A stretch of DNA of 64,000 bases, taken from assembly GCA_001003475.1 (NCBI GenBank), contig LCPF01000001.1, forward strand, positions 37,910 to 101,909, read 5' to 3'. Positions within the stretch are counted from its first letter, which is position 1. Every line of letters starts with the position of its first letter. Origin of the DNA: Candidatus Jorgensenbacteria bacterium GW2011_GWA1_48_11 (lineage in GTDB: Bacteria; Patescibacteriota; Minisyncoccia; UBA6257; GWB1-50-10). Of this stretch, positions 14,345 through 22,937 are shown one piece after another. The notes under the pieces were generated by a model. The model had not been told where the DNA came from. It was given only the letters and a program-made list of their open reading frames with translations, and did no database searches. The position numbers and the translations under genes are program-made.

Positions 14345-16932
14345 CTAACCGGGATTTCTGGCGAATACAGTCCTCGCCAAAAGCTTCCTTACTTCTTCAA
14401 GCAAAAGGATCGAAGCGGCAATCGAGGCCGCGTAAACCCATTCCCAAGCGGTAAGCGGCACCGTATGCAGGAATCGCTGCATAAAAGGATGATAAACCGC
14501 CAAGAACTGCAGCCCGATTATCAAAATCGTCGCACCGACCAAAAACATGTTTTTGAAAGGATTGATGGAAAAGACAGATTTGTCTTCACTCTTGCAATTC
14601 CACGCGTTGAACCACTGGAAAACCGCAAGCGTGGTCAGGGTCATAGTGAGCGCTTTCTCCAAATCACCGTCAAGGTACTGCCTAAACACAAAAAGAGACC
14701 CAAGAGCAATAATGATTCCCATAAACACCATTCGCTTCATCGCGAACGAATCAAGAATATACCTGGCGGGCTTCGCATAGCGGCGGCCGAGCAGGCCGTC
14801 CTCCCGCGGCTCCATCGCGAGCGAGACGTCGAGGAAGCCGTCGGTGACGAAGTTAAGCCAGATAATCTGAACCGGCAAGAGCGGCAGGGGGAGCCCCATG
14901 AACATCGCGCCGGAAATGGTAAGCACCTCCCCGATGCCGGTCGAGAAAAGATAAAGAATAACCTTCCTAATGGTCTTGTAGATATTCCGGCCCTCTTCAA
15001 CGGCGGAAATGACGCTCCCGAAATTGTCGTCCAAGAGCACGAGGTCGGCGGCTTCCTTGGCCACCTCGGTGCCGATTTTTCCCATCGCCACGCCGAGATC
15101 GGCGGCCGCGAGAGAAGGCGCATCGTTTACGCCGTCGCCGGTCATGGCAACCACCTCGCCCCGTTTTCTGAACAGCTCGATGATCCGCATTTTATGTTCG
15201 GGGGTCACGCGCGCAAAAACATTGCAGATTCCGAATTTTTTCGACAATTCTTCATCCGAGAGCTTTTCCAATTCTTCTCCGGTGATGACGCCATCCTTCC
15301 CATCCGCAAGCCCCGCTTCTTCCGCAATCGCACGAGCGGTAATCTTGTGATCCCCGGTGATCATCACGACCCGGATGCCGGCCTGTTTGGCCCTTTCGAT
15401 GGCGCCTTTCACTTCTTCCCGCAACGGGTCTTTCATGCCGAAAAAACCGCCAAAAATAAGCGGCGGCAATTTTCCGCTAGTCACGGAGTCGCCCGCGTCC
15501 GGGTTGATCGCAAAAGCGAGAACCCGAAAACCCCGCTGGGACATGTCGAAAAATACGGCTTCGAGCCCTTCTTTTTCAGCGCCGGAAAGTTTCTCTGATT
15601 TCTTCGCTCGCCAGACGCGATCACAAAGCTCGAGGATCTTTTCCGGCGCGCCAACAACGGTCAGAAAATTCCTGTTTTCAAACCTGTGAATCGTAGCGTG
15701 ATACTTGGTGAGATAATCGAAAGGCAGTTCGGCTATCTTGGGTGATTCCTGCTCGCCATCCCTGAAGCCGATCTTGCGGCCGAACACTCCCAAGGCCGCC
15801 TCGGTCGGGTCGCCGGACACTTTCCAGATATTCTTTCCTTCCACATACATTGCATGAGCATTGGAGCAAAACAAAGCAACTCTTCCCGCCAGCACAAGCT
15901 CCGGATGATTCAATGGCTCGACGGCCGCTCCCTTCAGGAGCACTCTTCCTTCCGGCTCATAGCCGCGCCCCTCAACATCAAATGTCTTTCCGTCAACATA
16001 CACTTTCTCAAGCGTCATCTCATTTTTAGTGAGAGTGCCGGTTTTATCGACGGCGATGATCTTCGCCTGCCCCAACGCCTCGACTGCCTGTAATTTCTTA
16101 ACCAGCACATTGCGCTTAGTCATGCGCCACACTCCCGAAGCCAAAACCAGGGTCATGACTATCGGCAGGCCTTCCGGAATAATCGAGACCGCAAGAGACA
16201 CCACGGTTGCGAACATCTGCCTCAACGATTCTCCGGCGGCAAGACCAAAAACCATAAGAACGGTTCCGATCGAAAACACGGTGATGATGATAAGGCGGGA
16301 AAGACAACAACCGCCTTGCCGTTGCCGCTTGCGATATTGGTACCCTTGAAAATCATGTTCCTTTGGTCATACGCAGAAATGCGAATATTGCCCAACGCAT
16401 CGCTGGTCTTTAAGACCGGAACAGACTCGCCGGTAAGGCTAGCCTCATTAACGCGGAGGGAATTGACGGAGATAAGTCGGGCGTCGGCGGGAATTTTATC
16501 GCCTTCCTGAAGAATGACGACGTCACCGGGAACAATTTCCTTGTCGGGTACGATCATGATTTTACCGTCCCGCAACACCGAAGCGGAAGTCTCCACGAAT
16601 CTCCGGAGAGCCAGCAACGTATATTGAGCTCTTCCTTCCTGAATTGTTCCCACGATCGCGTTGAATATGAGGACCAGGAAAATAATGACCGCATCAGCGG
16701 TCTCGCCCATGAATAAAACAACCGCCGCGGCGGCCATCAAAACATAGATGAGCGGGCTTAAGAACTGCGAAAGAAATATGGAAAATACGCCGGCGACTTT
16801 TGGTTCCGGGAGAGAATTGGGGCCATACCCGACAAGACGCTTACTGGCCTCTTCAAAACTCAGCCCCGATTCGTCAGAATCGAGTTCTTCAAATATCTCC
16901 GACGGTCGTTTCGCATACCAACGAATACTCAT
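14345..16932 (-). pseudogene. P-type cation-transporting ATPase (type II, Ca2+/Mg2+-like) split by a frameshift or small deletion near 16300
   Basis: ORF 16222..16932 encodes the N-terminus, the first TM pair and the actuator domain (LTGESVP), then runs out of frame after GNGKAVVV. ORF 14345..16279 encodes the rest (DKTGTLT phosphorylation site, MITGDHKITA, GDGVNDAPSLAAADLGVAMG, C-terminal TM helices). Its upstream in-frame extension (LSRLIIITVFSIGTV) is the expected M3 helix. About 20 aa of the expected ATG..T..GKIA..TPLQ segment appear to be missing. This could instead be an assembly error. Confidence 0.5.
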
Positions 16933-17001
16933 CTCTTAATTTTATCAGAAGGTTAAAAGATCGAATAATCGGGATTGGTACGTCTGCGGATGTCTCCGCC
17001 G

Positions 17002-17910
17002 CTAAACCCTTAAATACTTCCTGATGGCGAAAACCGAGGAAACGATCCCCAAACCGATACTGAACAAAAGCTGATAAAGGAAAAGGTTCAGGAAATTCTC
17101 GCTGAAATAAGAATTCAAATCGATGTCCTGGATGAAACTGTTCACGTACGGGGAAACGAAATTGATCAAAGGGATGAAAATCAGAAAGCCGACGGTGCCG
17201 GCGATCAAGCCGTAAACAACGCTCTCGAAAACATAGGGACCGCGAATAAAAGCGTTCGAGGCGCCGACGAGCCGCATGATGCCGATCTGGTCGCTGTTCG
17301 AGAAAATCGCGAGACGGATGGTATTGAAAGTGACGGCCACGGCCAGGAACGCAAGGAACAAGGTCAGAATGAACCCGCCGTTTTTCAAAATACTGACCAG
17401 CGAGTTCAACCGGTTAATGACCACTTGGTTTTGGGCATAAGTCACTTTCCCGACCAAATCCTGCAAATTCGGCGAATTCAAATAATCGGCGATGGCCTGG
17501 TACTGGCTCGGATCCTTGGCCTTGACGTTCAGGGAAGCCAGAAGCGGATTTACGTCCAGCTCGGACAAGGTTTGGGTCACGGTTTCCTCGCCGGCATGCT
17601 TGGCCTTAAATTGAACCAAGGCCTCATCCTGCGAAATATAATCAACGCCCTTGACCTCGGTCAGGCCCTCGAGCGACCGCTTGATGTTCAAAATGGAATC
17701 TTCGGGCGCGTTGCTCTTGAAATAAACGCTGATATCAATCTTGTCCTGCAGGGAGGAGATGGCTGTCTTCGCAACAACATTAAAGAGGATCAAACCCTCG
17801 AAAACAACACCCGCCAAAAACATGATGCTGATCGTGGAAACCGACAGCCAGCCGTTCCGCAGAAAGCCCTGCCAGCCGTATTTGATTATTCTCGCCAAAG
17901 TAACGAACAT
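17002..17910 (-). CDS. ftsX: cell-division ABC transporter permease FtsX
   Basis: Four-TM FtsX-like permease topology with a large periplasmic loop; lies immediately downstream of ftsE (1-nt gap). Confidence 0.8.
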   Translation of the reverse strand: MFVTLARIIKYGWQGFLRNGWLSVSTISIMFLAGVVFEGLILFNVVAKTAISSLQDKIDISVYFKSNAPEDSILNIKRSLEGLTEVKGVDYISQDEALVQFKAKHAGEETVTQTLSELDVNPLLASLNVKAKDPSQYQAIADYLNSPNLQDLVGKVTYAQNQVVINRLNSLVSILKNGGFILTLFLAFLAVAVTFNTIRLAIFSNSDQIGIMRLVGASNAFIRGPYVFESVVYGLIAGTVGFLIFIPLINFVSPYVNSFIQDIDLNSYFSENFLNLFLYQLLFSIGLGIVSSVFAIRKYLRV

Positions 17911-17911
17911 A

Positions 17912-18595
17912 TTAACTGATTATAAATCGGCCGTGGAGGTCGTCTTTAAGCATTCGGCCGTTTTCGAGGGTAATCACGCGCTGACCCAAGGTATTCACGA
18001 TCTCTTTATCGTGAGTGGCTAAGATCACCGTGCTGCCAAGCTCGTTAATCTTCATCAAAAGGCGGATTACCTCCCAGGTGTTAAAGGGGTCGAGGTTGCC
18101 GGTCGGCTCATCGGCAATGATCACGTCCGGCCGGTTAATCATCGCCCGGGCGATCGCCACCCGCTGCTTCTCGCCGCCAGAAAGTTCCTTGGGAAAATTG
18201 AACATCTTGTCCTTCAGGCCGACCATGTCCAAAACCTGAGGCACGAGCTCGTTGATCTCCCGCTGGGGCCGGCCCTCCACCTCGAGGGCGAAAGCCACGT
18301 TTTCAAAAGCGTTCTTTTGGGCGAGCAGTCGAAAATCCTGGAAAATCACGCCGACGTGACGGCGAAATTCGGGCATTTCATCCGGCTTCAATTTATTGAT
18401 CTCGTAAGAACCAAAGAAGATCTGGCCTTTCGAGGGCCTTTCCTCGCCGATCAGGAGCCGGACAACCGTCGATTTGCCGGCGCCGGAACGGCCGACAATC
18501 GAAACGAATTCGTTGGGCTGGATTTTAAAGGAAATTTTGTCCAAAGCAACGGCATTACCGTTGTAATCTTTGGTAACGTTTTGAAAAACTATCAT
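17912..18595 (-). CDS. ftsE: cell-division ATP-binding protein FtsE
   Basis: Walker [13 protein letters not shown] signature [15 protein letters not shown] and Walker [13 protein letters not shown]; FtsE-sized (227 aa). Confidence 0.9.
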   Translation of the reverse strand: MIVFQNVTKDYNGNAVALDKISFKIQPNEFVSIVGRSGAGKSTVVRLLIGEERPSKGQIFFGSYEINKLKPDEMPEFRRHVGVIFQDFRLLAQKNAFENVAFALEVEGRPQREINELVPQVLDMVGLKDKMFNFPKELSGGEKQRVAIARAMINRPDVIIADEPTGNLDPFNTWEVIRLLMKINELGSTVILATHDKEIVNTLGQRVITLENGRMLKDDLHGRFIIS

Positions 18596-18603
18596 CAGTG
18601 TCT

Positions 18604-19308
18604 TTATTTTACTCCCGCTTTTAGCAACAAATCAAGATTGCCTTCCAAAACTTCTTCCACGCGCGATATTTTAAAGCCGGTCGCGTGGTCTTTCACTTGC
18701 TTATAGGGATGCAAAACGTAAGAACGGATTTCATGACCCCATTCCGGCGCCACCCTCACCCTTAAATTACCGACGGCTTCTTCGTGCCGGTCTTCCATTA
18801 ATTTTGCGATCTTGATTTTGAGCAAATGCATGGCTTTTTCCCGGTTGGAGGATTGGGAACGCTCAACCTGGGAAGAAGAGCTTAATCCGGTCGGCAAATG
18901 GACGATCCGCACGGCCGTTTCCACCTTGTTCACGTTCTGGCCGCCGGGTCCGGCCGAACGGGAAAATTCTATTTTCAAATCTTTTTCCGGAATCTGGATT
19001 TTCACTTCGTCCACTTTCGGCAAATCCGGCAGGACTTCCACCAAAGCAAAGGAAGTGTGCCGCAGTTTCTTCGCATCGAACGGCGAGATCCGCACCAAAC
19101 GGTGCACGCCCGATTCATCCTTAAGCCTTTCGTAAACGCCCATGCCCGAGATTTCCAAAGTGTTCTCGCTCACGACCGCCTTCTTCCATTTCTTGAGATC
19201 GGCATAACGGGAATACATCCGCAAAAGCATTTGCGCCCAATCTTTGGCGTCGTCCCCTCCTGCGCCCCCTAAAACGGAGATTGTTACTGTGTTGGAATTA
19301 TAATTCAT
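18604..19308 (-). CDS. prfB: peptide chain release factor 2-like, lacking N-terminal domain 1 (234 aa)
   Basis: SPF tripeptide (RISPFDAKK) for UGA/UAA recognition; GGQ motif (GPGGQNVNKVETAVRIVHLPTG); RF2-like C-terminus. It starts 3 nt after the stop of the upstream MBL gene, with an in-frame TAG immediately upstream. There is therefore no room for domain 1 or the programmed +1 frameshift site. Confidence 0.7.
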   Translation of the reverse strand: MNYNSNTVTISVLGGAGGDDAKDWAQMLLRMYSRYADLKKWKKAVVSENTLEISGMGVYERLKDESGVHRLVRISPFDAKKLRHTSFALVEVLPDLPKVDEVKIQIPEKDLKIEFSRSAGPGGQNVNKVETAVRIVHLPTGLSSSSQVERSQSSNREKAMHLLKIKIAKLMEDRHEEAVGNLRVRVAPEWGHEIRSYVLHPYKQVKDHATGFKISRVEEVLEGNLDLLLKAGVK

Positions 19309-19311
19309 GAA

Positions 19312-19947
19312 CTAGTAATCTGTTTTCTTGTTCAATTCCGGAACAATAAATTTGATGCCCAGTGGTTCTAAAACAACAGACGGTAATTTATTTGTTGACC
19401 CGATGGATTTAAGCATGCCATCGTGCACCGGAAAACAAATCTTCGGCTTTAACTCTTTGGCATATTCAATGCCGTCCGACAGACGCAGCCACGGTCCGGC
19501 CACAGGAAGAGCCAAAATCTCGATTGGTTTACGAGGATTTGTAAAAGCGTCACCGGGATAAAAGAACTTGTTTGCGATAAAATAACCGGTATTTTCTGTT
19601 TGCGGTATCGCGGAATGCATGACGGCATGTTTTTTACCGAATGCTTCGATAGATATTCCTTTTTCTTCCAGAATTTGACCGTCTTCTAAGAAGACATACC
19701 TTATCCCTTCTTTAGCCAATAAATTTCCCACCGAATGATTCGTTACTATTTTCGCTTTTGGATTATTGACCAAAATAGTCTTTAACGAATCTAGGTGCAA
19801 ATGGTCCTGGTGTTCGTGGGTAATGAGGACAACGTCAATATTTTTTGCGTCGTTCTGGCTCGTGGAATAATTGCCGGGGTCGGTCAATATCCTCAAATTG
19901 CCTTCTTCAATCAAAAGGCAACAATGACCAAATTTAGTGATTTTCAT
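19312..19947 (-). CDS. MBL-fold metallo-hydrolase
   Basis: HxHxDH motif (ITHEHQDHLHLD) and downstream His/Asp ligands; 211 aa. Confidence 0.8.
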   Translation of the reverse strand: MKITKFGHCCLLIEEGNLRILTDPGNYSTSQNDAKNIDVVLITHEHQDHLHLDSLKTILVNNPKAKIVTNHSVGNLLAKEGIRYVFLEDGQILEEKGISIEAFGKKHAVMHSAIPQTENTGYFIANKFFYPGDAFTNPRKPIEILALPVAGPWLRLSDGIEYAKELKPKICFPVHDGMLKSIGSTNKLPSVVLEPLGIKFIVPELNKKTDY

Positions 19948-19948
19948 G

Positions 19949-20019
19949 AGCCGGAGAGAGGAATCGAACCTCCGTCTTTGCTTTACGAAAGCATTGCTCT
20001 GCCATTGAGCTACTCCGGC
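19949..20019 (-). tRNA. tRNA-Thr (anticodon CGT)
   Basis: Reverse complement folds as a cloverleaf: acceptor GCCGGAG/CTCCGGC, D-arm GCTC-AATGGCA-GAGC, anticodon loop TTCGTAA (U33, CGT, A37), T-arm GGAGG-TTCGATT-CCTCT. 71 nt. Lies directly upstream of the MBL gene start. Confidence 0.75.
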
Positions 20020-20030
20020 TAAAAGCGACC

Positions 20031-20954
20031 CTACTTCTTTTTATTCAAAAAATCGTAAATATTCAAGACCGCCTTCACGCTGTCGCCGGCCGAGATGTTA
20101 TTCTGGCGGTAAAGGCCGTCCGTGACGTCGCCGGCCGCCCAAATCCCCTTTTCGCTCGTGGCCTGGGTTTTGGGATCGGTCACTATTTCCCCTTTCTGAT
20201 TTATAGACACCAAATCTTTAACGAGGGCGCTATTGGGTACAATACCGATCTCGACGAAAACGCCACTCAAGTCCAATTCTTTTTTTTGACCGCTTGTTCC
20301 ATCCAAATACCTCAGACCCTTCAGGATTTCGTCGCCGAAAACTTCTTTGGTATCCGCGTTCAAAATTATTTCCACTTTTGAATTGGCTTTAATCTTATCC
20401 TGCATTTCCGGATCGCCCTTCAAGGCGCCGCTCCGTTGCAGCAAATAAATCTTCTTGGCGTAGGGCAGCAAATCATTCACCGCCTCGAGGCCGGCGTTGC
20501 CGCCGCCCACGACTGCCACCGTCATATTTTTGAAGATGGGAGCATCGCAGGTCGAACAATAAACCACGCCCCGGCCCTCGAATTCTTTTTCGCCGGGAAC
20601 GCCGAGCTTTTTCCGGCTGCTGCCGGTCGCAAGCAAGACAGTTTTGACTTCCAGAATTTTTCCCTGGTCGGTCGCAAGGCGGAAGCCGACGCCGATTTTT
20701 TCTATTTTCGAAACGCGGTCACTATCCAAAATTTCAACCCCTTCTTGGGCCCGCAAATGATCTTCCAAGGCCTTGGCCAGGTCAAAGCCGGAAATTGATT
20801 TCACGCCGATCCAATTCTGGACATCGGCTGAAACCAGAGATTGGCCGCCGAAAGAATCGGTGATCAAAACCGTTCTGATTTTTTTGCGGGCGGCGTAAAC
20901 GCCAGCGGCGACTCCGGCCGGCCCGCCGCCAACAATAACAAGATCATAAACCAT
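20031..20954 (-). CDS. trxB: thioredoxin-disulfide reductase
   Basis: FAD-binding GxGxxG (VIVGGGPAGVAAG), redox-active CSTCD, NADPH-binding GGGNAG. I chose the start at MVYDL (20954), not the track's upstream Met (21026), because it abuts the stop of the upstream redoxin gene. Confidence 0.85.
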   Translation of the reverse strand: MVYDLVIVGGGPAGVAAGVYAARKKIRTVLITDSFGGQSLVSADVQNWIGVKSISGFDLAKALEDHLRAQEGVEILDSDRVSKIEKIGVGFRLATDQGKILEVKTVLLATGSSRKKLGVPGEKEFEGRGVVYCSTCDAPIFKNMTVAVVGGGNAGLEAVNDLLPYAKKIYLLQRSGALKGDPEMQDKIKANSKVEIILNADTKEVFGDEILKGLRYLDGTSGQKKELDLSGVFVEIGIVPNSALVKDLVSINQKGEIVTDPKTQATSEKGIWAAGDVTDGLYRQNNISAGDSVKAVLNIYDFLNKKK

Positions 20955-20958
20955 AAAA

Positions 20959-21189
20959 TTACAAATGGAGCGCCTTCGCGATCGCAAGCTTGTTAAAGCC
21001 CACGAAAATCTCGCCGTTGACGTCAATCACCGGTACGCCCAACTGATGCGATTTCCTGACCATTTCTTCCCTCGCCTTATCATCCGAGGCAACGTTCAAT
21101 TCTTCGTAAGCAATTTTGTGCTGAGCGAAAAAATCTTTGGCCATCCGGCAATAAACGCAGGACGGGGTGGTATAAATTTTAACCGACAT
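20959..21189 (-). CDS. glutaredoxin-like / NrdH-like redoxin
   Basis: 76 aa, CVYC active site near the N-terminus, thioredoxin-fold length; immediately upstream of trxB. Confidence 0.7.
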   Translation of the reverse strand: MSVKIYTTPSCVYCRMAKDFFAQHKIAYEELNVASDDKAREEMVRKSHQLGVPVIDVNGEIFVGFNKLAIAKALHL

Positions 21190-21225
21190 ATTTTTTTAAA
21201 ATTCTAATTTAAAGACCGTAAAGAA

Positions 21226-21453
21226 TCAAGACTGCGGCGGGGTAAAATTCCAAAGAGCGAAGATAATGGTCAGGCTCCCGACCATGAGATTGTTCCAAAC
21301 GACCAAATTCAGGTCAGAGAACCCTAAAAGCCAGGGCGAAACGAGAAGCCAAGTTCCCAAACCGAAAATTACCCAGTGATTCCAGCGCATGTTCTTGATT
21401 CCAAGTCTAATTATACAAGCCGACCCAAGGGAAGCAAGGGAAAAAGCGACCAA
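21226..21453 (-). CDS. SPW-repeat small membrane protein
   Basis: Two TM helices with an SPW motif (LLVSPWLLGF); 75 aa. Confidence 0.55.
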   Translation of the reverse strand: MVAFSLASLGSACIIRLGIKNMRWNHWVIFGLGTWLLVSPWLLGFSDLNLVVWNNLMVGSLTIIFALWNFTPPQS

Positions 21454-21488
21454 AAGACCCCGAAACGGGGTCTTTTGTGGTAACTAGT

Positions 21489-21668
21489 TTATCTCCGAAA
21501 AGATCTCACTCGTTCCATGTGGCACTGCCGGCAAAGCAGTTTATCCATCCTAGACGGATCCGGTTCGAAGGGCAGCTCGGTAATCGCCGCGCCGCACTTT
21601 GAACACTGCCAGTTGCCCTGGTACATCTTCTTTTGGAAGCCAGCGCCACCTTGATCGTTAAAAGCCAT
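21489..21668 (-). CDS. small zinc-ribbon protein (59 aa; below ORF-track size cutoff)
   Basis: Hand translation: MAFNDQGGAGFQKKMYQGNWQCSKCGAAITELPFEPDPSRMDKLLCRQCHMERVRSFRR. CSKCG...(21 aa)...CRQCH forms a CxxC-x21-CxxC zinc ribbon. The overlapping track ORF 21506..21712 is in a different frame and looks spurious. Confidence 0.45.
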   Translation of the reverse strand: MAFNDQGGAGFQKKMYQGNWQCSKCGAAITELPFEPDPSRMDKLLCRQCHMERVRSFRR

Positions 21669-21806
21669 TTTACTTTACGCTTTATTCGTCCCTTTTGTTT
21701 AGGGTTCAACAAAATGGCTCCGATAAAATCTCACCAAATTGACTACTTCTCTAAACTTGTTTGTTATCTTAATCTATTTGAATCGAAATGTCAACCCCGC
21801 ACCTTT

Positions 21807-22064
21807 TCAGGACCGTAGGCTACGCCAAATCCTTCTTTTAAGCTGTGCATAGACCTTGCCGAATTGCTTAATTTTCTTTTCCCTGTCTTTAGCATCATCC
21901 GAATTGGCGTAGCCTTCAAAATAGACTAATTGCCAAGGAGAATATCTCTTAGTCGCTAATGATTTTCCAGAGTTATGCTCTTGCAATCTCGTTTGAAGAT
22001 TTTTGGTATAACCAATATACAATTCTTTCCTGGTATAACTTCTTAAGATATATACAAAATGCAT
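21807..22064 (-). CDS. GIY-YIG nuclease family protein (YhbQ/UPF0213-like), copy 2
   Basis: VYILRS...LYIGYTKNLQTRLQEHN...REKKIKQ: same GIY-YIG architecture as the copy at 3908..4192. Confidence 0.75.
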   Translation of the reverse strand: MHFVYILRSYTRKELYIGYTKNLQTRLQEHNSGKSLATKRYSPWQLVYFEGYANSDDAKDREKKIKQFGKVYAQLKRRIWRSLRS

Positions 22065-22088
22065 AAGAAGCCCCGAAAAGGTGCGGGG

Positions 22089-22922
22089 TCAAGTTTTAAC
22101 CAACTCATCGAGGACTTTGGTCATAATCTGCATCGGGATCGCGCCGCCAATCGAAAACATTTTCTTATCCTTGGAAATTTGGAATAAGGGCGGATTCGAG
22201 GGATACTGCTGGTTTATCGAGTTAAGCAGACTGACCATGTCGGCACTCAAGCCCCGGTCCGCGACCACGATACTGTAAGGCGTGCCCCGGCCGCCGGCGT
22301 TTTTGGCGTCGGCTTCATCGGCGGCAACGCGATCGGCGTATTGACCGCTCGTCAGGCATGACCGGAACTGTGCTTCGTCCAAACCAATCTGGGTCGCGAT
22401 CTGCGGCAAAAGAGCCGGATCTAAACCGTTATTCGACGGCGTGACGGAAAAAACCTTATCAACGTAAGCCCAAAACTTGTCGTTGCCGCCCAAAGCGTTA
22501 GCGCATTCGGTCGCTTGGGCTTCTTGACGCGCCTTGGAATGAAGTTGATCGATTGGAAAATGACGATAAACCCAAGCCGTCTTGCTGCCGTAGGTCTGCA
22601 TAACCGCGTGCAGAGTATCGTGAAAAGTTTTGCAAAAAGGACATTCCAAATCGGAAAATTCGATTATTTTTATCGGCGCCGAAAAATCGCCCAAAATATG
22701 GTCGGCTTTGGAAACCGGCCTCACCTTATCAACCAACGAGGACCCTCCGACGCTGCCGCTCAAATTAGCCGTCTCCGAACTCCCTGCTTTTTTTCCGGAA
22801 TTGTAAATCAAGGAGCCGGAAATCAAAACAGCGGCAATGAGGACGCTTGCCGGCAAAAAATAATCGCGTTTTGCTTTTGATTCTTGATTTGGATTTCCCG
22901 AGGAATTTAAATCTTCCGGCAT
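22089..22922 (-). CDS. DsbA-like thiol:disulfide oxidoreductase (membrane-anchored)
   Basis: N-terminal TM helix, CPFC active site (LECPFCKTFHD), DsbA-family thioredoxin fold length. Confidence 0.75.
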   Translation of the reverse strand: MPEDLNSSGNPNQESKAKRDYFLPASVLIAAVLISGSLIYNSGKKAGSSETANLSGSVGGSSLVDKVRPVSKADHILGDFSAPIKIIEFSDLECPFCKTFHDTLHAVMQTYGSKTAWVYRHFPIDQLHSKARQEAQATECANALGGNDKFWAYVDKVFSVTPSNNGLDPALLPQIATQIGLDEAQFRSCLTSGQYADRVAADEADAKNAGGRGTPYSIVVADRGLSADMVSLLNSINQQYPSNPPLFQISKDKKMFSIGGAIPMQIMTKVLDELVKT

Positions 22923-22937
22923 TTCAATTAATAATTC

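Noticed and set aside
14465-15598. 377-aa plus-strand ORF antisense to the P-type ATPase
   Set aside because: The opposite strand carries unmistakable P-type ATPase motifs (DKTGTLT, GDGVNDAP). The antisense product is Arg-rich with low complexity.
19795-20022. 75-aa plus-strand ORF spanning the MBL gene start and tRNA-Thr
   Set aside because: It overlaps a tRNA gene and the 5' end of a well-supported CDS.
20955-21026. Upstream Met start (21026) for trxB giving a 24-aa N-terminal extension
   Set aside because: The extension overlaps the upstream NrdH-like gene. The canonical FAD-binding N-terminus begins at MVYDLVIVGGG (20954).
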